Origin: an uncultured Acidimicrobiia bacterium
GTDB lineage: Bacteria > Actinomycetota > Acidimicrobiia > Acidimicrobiales > AC-14
Direction: 5' to 3'
DNA length: 64,000 nucleotides
Assembly (NCBI GenBank): GCA_963768975.1
Contig: CAVYKB010000019.1
Coordinates: 198,688-262,687, forward strand
The translations under genes were made by a program, and so were the position numbers. Below the pieces are notes generated by a model. It worked only from the letters and a program-made list of their open reading frames with translations. It did no database searches and was not told where the DNA came from. This document shows positions 58,191-64,000 of this stretch, in pieces. The number at the start of each line of letters is the position of its first letter. Positions within the stretch are counted from its first letter, which is position 1.

Positions 58191-59482
58191 GTCTCCCCGT
58201 TGTTGCCATCGTCGGCCGCCCCAACGTCGGCAAGTCGACCCTCGTCAACCGCATCGTCGGCCGGCGGGAGACCATCGTCGAGGAGCGCCCCGGGGTCACC
58301 CGCGACCGCAAGGAGCTGGAGACCGACTGGCGAGGCCGGCGCTTCACGATCGTCGACACCGGCGGCTGGCTCGCCGGCGGCGACGGCCTCGATGCCAAGG
58401 TGAGCGAGCAGGCCGAGCGGGCCATCAAGGGGGCCGACGTCGTGCTGTTCGTGGCCGACGCCACCGTGGGGATCACCGAGGAGGACGACCAGGTGGCCGG
58501 TGTGCTGCGCCGGGCCAAGCGGCCGGTGATCGTCGTCGTCAACAAGGTCGACAGCGAGCACCGCGAGATCGATGCCTGGGACTTCGCCCGGCTCGGACTG
58601 GGCGAGCCGGTGGCGGTGAGCGCTCTCCACGGCCGCCAGGTCGGCGATCTCCTCGACGAGGTCTTCACCCGGCTGCCGCCGCCTGGGCCCGAAGAGCTCC
58701 CACCCGACACCTCCAAGGTCCCGTCGATCGCGGTCGTGGGCCGGCCGAACGTGGGCAAGTCGACCCTGTTCAACCGTCTCATCGGCGACGACCGCTCGGT
58801 CGTCCACGACCAGCCCGGCACCACCCGCGACTCCATCGACACGGTGGTCGAGACCGCCGACGGGCCGCTGCGCTTCATCGACACGGCCGGCATGCGCCGG
58901 AAGAGCAAGATCGTCGAGGGGGCCGAGTACTACTCGCTGGTCCGGGCCCTCCAAAGCGTCGACCGGGCCGACGCCGCCATGCTCGTCATCGACGCCACCG
59001 AGGGCGTCACCCACCAGGACCAGCGCCTGGCCGAGCGCATCGACGCCGCCGGCAGCCCCGTGCTGATCGTGATGAACAAGATGGACATCCTGGACGCAGC
59101 CGCCCGGGCCGAGGTCGCCGAGCAGGTGGCCGATCGCCTGGCATTCCTCGGCTACGCCCCGGTGCTGAACATCAGCGCCCTCACCGGCAAGGGCGTCCAC
59201 CGGCTGCTTCCGGCGATCAAGGAGGCCATCGAGGCCTACCACCGGCGGGTACCGACCCGGGAGCTCAACGAGGTCGTCCAGGCAGCCCAGGCCCAACAGC
59301 CGGCTCCCGGTGCCCGGGTGCTTTACGCCACCCAGGGCGCCACCGACCCCCCCACCTTCACCCTCTTCACCAACCGGGCGCTGCCGGCGCCGTACCTGCG
59401 CTACCTGGAGCGCCGCATCCGCGAACACTTCGGGTTCGGGCCCACCCCGCTCAAGCTGCGGGTCCGGAGCCGGACGAGCTGA
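58187..59482 (+). CDS. der: ribosome-biogenesis GTPase Der (EngA), tandem GTPase domains
   Basis: Two G-domains (PVVAIVGRPNVGKSTL... and PSIAVVGRPNVGKSTLFN) plus a KH-like C-terminus. GTG at 58187 overlaps the upstream stop (GTGA). Confidence 0.95.
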   Translation: MSLPVVAIVGRPNVGKSTLVNRIVGRRETIVEERPGVTRDRKELETDWRGRRFTIVDTGGWLAGGDGLDAKVSEQAERAIKGADVVLFVADATVGITEEDDQVAGVLRRAKRPVIVVVNKVDSEHREIDAWDFARLGLGEPVAVSALHGRQVGDLLDEVFTRLPPPGPEELPPDTSKVPSIAVVGRPNVGKSTLFNRLIGDDRSVVHDQPGTTRDSIDTVVETADGPLRFIDTAGMRRKSKIVEGAEYYSLVRALQSVDRADAAMLVIDATEGVTHQDQRLAERIDAAGSPVLIVMNKMDILDAAARAEVAEQVADRLAFLGYAPVLNISALTGKGVHRLLPAIKEAIEAYHRRVPTRELNEVVQAAQAQQPAPGARVLYATQGATDPPTFTLFTNRALPAPYLRYLERRIREHFGFGPTPLKLRVRSRTS

Positions 59483-59546
59483 ACTCGCCTGCCGGCCGGC
59501 AAGGTGTTCCCACCGCCGCCGGATCGTTCTAGGATCCTCGGTGAGC

Positions 59547-60629
59547 ATGGCTCCATACCCCATTTTGCTGGCCGTCTCGTTCGCCTGCGTGGTGGCGGCT
59601 GTCATCTGGGCCCGCTCCGCCCTGCGGCTAGAGCGATCATGGCGCCGGCTGCTGGAGGGCAGCGGCCCGTCGGGGTCGATGGCGGTGAGCCTGGCCCGGT
59701 CGGCGTACCGCAAGGAGGTCCACACCACCGTCCTCTACGTGGTGGTCGCGGTGATCTCGGCGGCGGCGGCGTACGCCGGCGGCTGGCCCCGGCTCATGCA
59801 GGCCCTTCTTGTCATCCCCATTGCCATGACCCTCGTCTGGGGCCAGCGGTTCCTGTCCGAGGCCGATATCATCGAGGAGCGGGCCAGCCTGGAGCGGCGG
59901 GCCGAGGAGGTGCTCTCCCAGGAGAACCTCGCTCCTCGCCTGTGGGCCGCCCGGCTGGCGCCCCAGGACCTGCCCGCGTTCGAGGGCTTCGAGGTGGGCC
60001 GGGCCTACGAGCCGGGCACCGGGCTCATGGCCGGCGACTTCTACGACGTGACCCCCACCGGCCCCAAGCGGGTGGCCGCCGTCATCGGTGACGTCTCCGG
60101 CCATGGCATCGAGCCGTCGATCACCGCCTTCCAGGTCAAGTACCTCCTGCGGGTCTTCCTGCGCCAGTACCGCGACCCGGCCCAGGCCCTGGAGGAGCTC
60201 AACGCCATCATCTCGGCCCAGACCCGCAACGAGGAGTTCGTCTCCCTGTGCCTCGTCGTGTTCGACCAGGCCGCCGGCACCCTGCGGTACGCGTCCGCCG
60301 GCCACCCGCCGGCGTGGCTGTGGCACGACGGCGAGGTCCGCCCGCTGCGGTCGACCGGCCCCCTCCTGACGCTGAACCCGAAGGCCTCCTACAGCAGCCG
60401 CGAGGTCGCACTGGACCCCGGCGACCTCCTCGTGCTCTACACCGACGGCCTGGCCGAGGCCCGGGCCGGCGGCCAGCTGTTCGGTGAGGAGCGCATCGCG
60501 GCTCATATCCGCCGTGACCCGGGGGTCGCCGCCGACGTGCTTTGCAAGTCGCTGCTCGCTGCGGCGCGGGACTTCGCCACGGGGCCGATCCGTGACGACG
60601 TCGCCATCCTCGCCGTCCGCCGCACCTGA
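59547..60629 (+). CDS. membrane-bound PP2C-family (SpoIIE/RsbU-like) serine phosphatase
   Basis: Three N-terminal TM helices, then the PPM domain with AGDFYDV, IGDVSGHGIEPS, YASAGHPP and LVLYTDGL. Confidence 0.85.
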   Translation: MAPYPILLAVSFACVVAAVIWARSALRLERSWRRLLEGSGPSGSMAVSLARSAYRKEVHTTVLYVVVAVISAAAAYAGGWPRLMQALLVIPIAMTLVWGQRFLSEADIIEERASLERRAEEVLSQENLAPRLWAARLAPQDLPAFEGFEVGRAYEPGTGLMAGDFYDVTPTGPKRVAAVIGDVSGHGIEPSITAFQVKYLLRVFLRQYRDPAQALEELNAIISAQTRNEEFVSLCLVVFDQAAGTLRYASAGHPPAWLWHDGEVRPLRSTGPLLTLNPKASYSSREVALDPGDLLVLYTDGLAEARAGGQLFGEERIAAHIRRDPGVAADVLCKSLLAAARDFATGPIRDDVAILAVRRT

Positions 60630-60637
60630 GCGCCTCC

Positions 60638-60838
60638 GTGCCGACCTGCGCGCAGTGTGACCACTATTGGAGGCCGACCGAGCTCGGGGAGGGAGGAACC
60701 TGCCCGACCTGCGGGCAGGCCCTCGACACCACGCCTCCGAAGACCCCCTGGCACTTCAAGCTGCTGATCGTCTCGGCTGTGCTCTACCTGGGCTGGCGGG
60801 GCGTCCAGGGCGTGGCCTGGCTCATCCACCGGATGTGA
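60638..60838 (+). CDS. hypothetical small protein: zinc ribbon (C-x2-C ... C-x2-C) plus a C-terminal TM helix
   Basis: MPTCAQCDHYW...GGTCPTCGQAL...WHFKLLIVSAVLYLGW. Confidence 0.4.
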   Translation: MPTCAQCDHYWRPTELGEGGTCPTCGQALDTTPPKTPWHFKLLIVSAVLYLGWRGVQGVAWLIHRM

Positions 60839-60842
60839 GGGG

Positions 60843-61550
60843 TCAGCTCTCGGAGATGACGACCTGCGTGCCGTGGGGGACCCGCTCGGGGAACCACTCG
60901 GCTGAGTTCATCGGGAGGCGCACGCACCCGTGCGATGCCGGCTCGGCCGGCACCGATGTCGACCCGTGGATGGCGTAGCCGCCGATGAAGTACTGCGGGT
61001 TGTACAGCCGACCCAGGGCGCTGGTACGCCAGCCTGGCTGGGACCGGTACGTCCGGAAGGTGCCGACCGGGGTGGGTGTCGCCGATGTGCCCGTGGAGAC
61101 GCTCAAGATCTTCAACAGGCTGCCGTTCTCGTAGAGAAGAAGCACCTGGCGGGCCAGGCTGATCTCGACCCGGGTCGGATCTCCGTTCGAAAGGATGACA
61201 GCGGGCTGGCCGCTCGCCGCCATGATCCTGGCGGTGACGTCAGGGCTGAGCTGGCCGGTTCGGGGGAGCCCGTTGACCTTCTGGAAGGCCATGACGGCGT
61301 GGTTGGTCATCTCGTCGACCTTCCCATCGATGGGTCCGACGTCGTAGCGGAGCGCCTCCAGCTTCTGCTCGATCTGCAGCGGGCCACTCGCCGCAGCCGC
61401 AGCTGCAGGCGCCGCCGGCGCCGGCGGGGGTGCGAACAACCCGGTGCCGAGCAGCCCACCCTGGGCGCCGGCCGCGGAGGCGAGGCCCACCTGGCCGGCG
61501 GCGAGGGCGAGGAGGAGGGTCGGCAGCTTCCGGGTCAGCGTCGTGTTCAT
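60843..61550 (-). CDS. L,D-transpeptidase (YkuD domain) with an N-terminal peptidoglycan-binding domain and a signal peptide
   Basis: Catalytic SHGCVRLP motif. PG_binding-like LRYDVGPIDGKVDEMTNHAVMAFQKVNGLPRTGQL. Signal KLPTLLLALAAGQVGLASA. Confidence 0.85.
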   Translation of the reverse strand: MNTTLTRKLPTLLLALAAGQVGLASAAGAQGGLLGTGLFAPPPAPAAPAAAAAASGPLQIEQKLEALRYDVGPIDGKVDEMTNHAVMAFQKVNGLPRTGQLSPDVTARIMAASGQPAVILSNGDPTRVEISLARQVLLLYENGSLLKILSVSTGTSATPTPVGTFRTYRSQPGWRTSALGRLYNPQYFIGGYAIHGSTSVPAEPASHGCVRLPMNSAEWFPERVPHGTQVVISES

Positions 61551-61619
61551 ACATCGAGCATGCCCATGCCGGCGCCGTCGGATGCCTCTTCTGCTGCTCG
61601 GCTACAGTCGCAAGTGGTA

Positions 61620-61697
61620 CGGGCTGTGGCGCAGCTTGGTTAGCGCGCTTGACTGGGGGTCAAGAGGTCGGGAGTTCAAATCTCCCCAGCCCGACCA
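61620..61697 (+). tRNA. tRNA-Pro (anticodon GGG)
   Basis: Manual fold: acceptor CGGGCTG/CAGCCCG, D-arm GCGC-AGCTTGGTTA-GCGC, anticodon stem CTTGA/TCAAG with loop CTGGGGG, T-arm GGGAG-TTCAAAT-CTCCC, discriminator A, encoded CCA. Confidence 0.85.
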
Positions 61698-61712
61698 CAA
61701 AAGGGCAGGTCA

Positions 61713-61737
61713 GGGGGGGTGCGCCAAGCACCCCCTC
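61713..61737 (+). terminator. GC-rich stem-loop 16 nt downstream of tRNA-Pro (a terminator-like or att-proximal structure)
   Basis: gggggggtgc-gccaa-gcaccccc, an 8-9 bp stem, with no U-tract. Confidence 0.3.
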
Positions 61738-61794
61738 TCCTTGTCTCAGGGCAATGTATGCAGAATGTATGGAGGCGGACGCTAGAATCGAGCC

Positions 61795-62949
61795 GTGGAG
61801 TGGATCACGGCGGGTGCACCGGAGGTGCAGAAGCAGCGGGGCAAGTGGGTCGTCCGTCAGGGTGGATACGACCCGACGACGGGTCTCCGCCGGGTTCGAC
61901 AGCTCGGAACGTTCCGGACGAAGCGGGACGCGACGGCGTACCGGGCCGAGGTACTCGCCGGTCGGGCCGGCACGGCGACAGAGACGGTGGAGCAGTTCCT
62001 CCAGGAGGTGTGGCTGCCGTCCAAGCGGGGTCGGATCGAGACCAGCTCGTACGACCAGTACACGTGGGCAGTCCGGCGCCACATCGTCCCCCTCATCGGC
62101 GCCGTCCGGTTGAGCGACCTCACCCCCGAGGTGGCCGACGAGTGGGTCAGCGCCCTCACCAGCCTCAACAAGGCCGGCAAGCCGCGCCTGGGTGCGACGT
62201 CGGCCCGGCTGGTCCGCAAGGTCCTGTCCATGGCGTTGGAGGAGGCGGTCCAGCGCGGCCGGCTGGGCCGTAACCCCGTTGTGTTGACCCAGCCGCCCAA
62301 GCTCGACCGGGCCACCAAGAAGCTGGGCTGGACGCTGGAGGAGGCGAAGCGGTTCCTCGACGTCGCGTCCGAGCATCGGCTGTACGCCGCGTTTCACCTG
62401 TGCCTGGTGACTGGAATGCGCCGCGGAGAGATCCTGGGCCTTCGGTGGGTCGACGTGGACCTGGAGCGACGCCAGCTCGAAGTCGTCCAGCAGCTGCCGA
62501 TCGAGAGGGGCAGGCCCGTTCTGAAGCAGCTCAAGACCGCGAGCAGCGCCCGGGTCGTGACCTTCGGGCGCAGCACCGCGAAGGTCCTGCTCGCCCATCG
62601 CAAGGGGCAGGAAGAAGAGGCCGCCTTCGCCGGGCCGGCCTGGCAGGACACCGGTCTGGTCATCACCACCGCGCTGGGGGGCTGGGTTGACCCGAACAAC
62701 TTCGGTCGCCTCATGGACTCCCTGATCGAGGCCGCCGGCGTCCCACGGATCACTCCGAAGGGGCTTCGCCACACCGCGCAGTCGGTTGGCCGGGTGGTGG
62801 TCGGTGACGACAAAGTGATGCAGGAGCGCCTGGGCCACGCGGACATCGGCATCACCCTGGGCACCTACACCCACACCGTCACCGAACAGCACCGGGAAGC
62901 AGGAGACCGCCTCGACAAGGTGTTCGGACCGACGAAGCGATCGCGTTGA
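61795..62949 (+). CDS. tyrosine-type site-specific integrase (phage-integrase family)
   Basis: SAM-like N-domain, then catalytic FHLCLVTGMRRGEILGLRWVDVDLERRQL (Arg box I), HGLRHTAQS (HxxR) and LGHADIGITLGTYTH (Tyr). Confidence 0.88.
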   Translation: MEWITAGAPEVQKQRGKWVVRQGGYDPTTGLRRVRQLGTFRTKRDATAYRAEVLAGRAGTATETVEQFLQEVWLPSKRGRIETSSYDQYTWAVRRHIVPLIGAVRLSDLTPEVADEWVSALTSLNKAGKPRLGATSARLVRKVLSMALEEAVQRGRLGRNPVVLTQPPKLDRATKKLGWTLEEAKRFLDVASEHRLYAAFHLCLVTGMRRGEILGLRWVDVDLERRQLEVVQQLPIERGRPVLKQLKTASSARVVTFGRSTAKVLLAHRKGQEEEAAFAGPAWQDTGLVITTALGGWVDPNNFGRLMDSLIEAAGVPRITPKGLRHTAQSVGRVVVGDDKVMQERLGHADIGITLGTYTHTVTEQHREAGDRLDKVFGPTKRSR

Positions 62950-63332
62950 GCCCGCTGCGGGTCCGGCGGGAGCCAGCGCCCGACGACGGCCTCTTGCTGG
63001 TGCGAGGCGACGAACTGGCGGCGGAGACGCTGCGGCGTGATGCGATCCGCACCTATCGGCGCTTCGGCGAGTACGGCGTCTCGCTCCTGGGTGCGTCGAT
63101 CGAAGCGGACCTGGACGAGTTGGCCGCCGGCCTCCTCCGACGATTCGAGGTCCTGACCGTGATGACAGCCGGCGCACTGCGGCGGTCTGGCATCGAGCTG
63201 CGCCCCACGTTCCGCCGGCCGCACTACACGGTGATGCTGCCAGACCTCGACGAGGCGATCTTCCGCCTGCTCCGGTGCGACAATGAACGTCGAGTCAACG
63301 ACTACTACAAGCCCGAGGAGGTGCAGCCGTGA
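62946..63332 (+). CDS. hypothetical protein (island cargo)
   Basis: Translationally coupled to the integrase (TTGA overlap), 128 aa, no recognisable motif. Confidence 0.4.
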   Translation: MSPLRVRREPAPDDGLLLVRGDELAAETLRRDAIRTYRRFGEYGVSLLGASIEADLDELAAGLLRRFEVLTVMTAGALRRSGIELRPTFRRPHYTVMLPDLDEAIFRLLRCDNERRVNDYYKPEEVQP

Positions 63333-63577
63333 CCGTGGCCATCGACATCGATGTCGACTGGAACACCCAGGACGACACCGGCATGTCCTGGACCTTCCGC
63401 GACGAGGCGACCGACCCGTCGAGGATTGTTGCCGGGGCCTACGTCGTGGCCGGTCGCGGCACGGCGGTGGCGGTCGCCGAGGTCGTCGACGTTGGCGAGG
63501 ACGACGTCGTCCACCTGCGCCCCCTGCCTGGGCCCGTGTCGGCGAACGCCCACCTGCTGTCCACAGCAGCGCGGTAG
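63329..63577 (+). CDS. hypothetical protein (island cargo)
   Basis: GTGA overlap with the upstream gene. Acidic, 82 aa. Confidence 0.35.
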   Translation: MTVAIDIDVDWNTQDDTGMSWTFRDEATDPSRIVAGAYVVAGRGTAVAVAEVVDVGEDDVVHLRPLPGPVSANAHLLSTAAR

Positions 63578-63587
63578 CGCAAGGTCG

Positions 63588-63908
63588 TCACTCGACGACC
63601 TCGTCGGTCACGAGCGCGGCCACATCCTGCGCATTGACGTCGGGGAAGGAGTTGGACAGGTTCTCGGCGGTCTCCGCCGCCAGTACGGCGAGGTCGTCCG
63701 CCATAGCCCGCAACGTGTGCTGCCAGGTCCCGAGGTTCCCGATCGCCTTCTCGACCATGGCGAGGAGGCGCCGCTTCGCAAGGTCATGGATCTGCCGTTG
63801 GGCTCGCGTCATCAGCGCCGGGTCCAGGTACTCCATTACCTCGTGGAGGCGGTTCTTCAGCCTCGTCGCGCCGTCGTTGGCGTCGCCGAAGATGATGTCG
63901 AGCATCAC
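63588..63908 (-). CDS. hypothetical protein (island cargo), lower GC than the host average
   Basis: 106 aa helical protein (MMLDIIFGDANDGATRLKNRLHEVMEYLDPALMTRAQRQIHDLAKRRLL...). The local GC is visibly lower. Confidence 0.4.
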   Translation of the reverse strand: MMLDIIFGDANDGATRLKNRLHEVMEYLDPALMTRAQRQIHDLAKRRLLAMVEKAIGNLGTWQHTLRAMADDLAVLAAETAENLSNSFPDVNAQDVAALVTDEVVE

Positions 63909-64000
63909 GGCCCCAGTCCGGCTGAGTTGAGCGGTGGTGGCCTTGGGGTCGACTTTGGTCCAGGTTGCAGCGGGTCGCGTCGGAAGGAAGAAATAGGTCA

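Larger units (their letters stand above)
61620..64000 (+). mobile_element. left end of an integrated element (prophage, ICE or genomic island) inserted at the 3' side of tRNA-Pro. It is partial, running off the window
   Basis: tRNA directly followed by an intact tyrosine integrase, then small hypothetical genes. GC content drops toward 63600-64000. The right att repeat is not in the window. Confidence 0.6.

Overview
This is a 64 kb segment of a very high-GC actinobacterial chromosome, read from sequence composition and gene content. Genes are densely packed, largely plus-strand housekeeping, and many adjacent genes overlap by 4 nt (GTGA/ATGA).

Part 1 - what is in the window:
- A 5'-partial cell-surface protein built from DUF11-like repeats (1-1992) and a second surface protein with a Ser/Thr-rich stalk (9258-10889).
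- An APH-fold kinase coupled to a GH36-like glycosidase (about 1989-4813).
- A MarR-MFS efflux pair, a GH13 glycosidase and ilvA.
- A THI5/NMT1-like gene interrupted by an in-frame TGA (14758-15672).
- A Dpp-like ABC importer with no ATPase gene (15693-19172), an M20 peptidase, pyrG and a Nudix hydrolase.
- A degraded integrase with an adjoining tandem and inverted repeat (22583-23669).
- An ECF sigma with a zinc-binding (HC2-type) anti-sigma factor, followed by a membrane protein and ald.
- xerD, and a flotillin-NfeD pair.
- A nitrate/nitrite assimilation block: nirB, nirD, a fused Fe-S plus membrane-anchor protein, and a molybdopterin (NasA-like) catalytic subunit carrying a +1 frameshift (34851-41304).
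- A polar amino-acid ABC transporter and trpS.
- scpA, scpB, rluB, aroH, tyrA, aroA, cmk and plsC.
- A second ECF sigma followed by three tandem paralogous membrane-anchored Cys-domain proteins (53045-55761).
- ispH, a PDZ-radical-SAM protein, der, a membrane PP2C phosphatase and an L,D-transpeptidase.
- tRNA-Pro(GGG) with a tyrosine integrase and unknown cargo genes running off the window end, consistent with an integrated element.

Part 2 - observations I rate most worth a second look:
- The ECF sigma followed by a triplicated Cys-domain gene family.
- A membrane-anchored Fe-S subunit inside an assimilatory nirBD/nasA-like cluster, with the frameshifted catalytic gene.
- Two surface proteins sharing a non-canonical L[VS]RTG sorting-like C-terminal signal.
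- An in-frame TGA in the THI5-like gene.
- Two genes whose conserved N-termini lie upstream of any canonical start codon.
- The tRNA-Pro-linked island.

Long G/R/P-rich ORFs on the opposite strand of real genes were treated as GC-composition artefacts.
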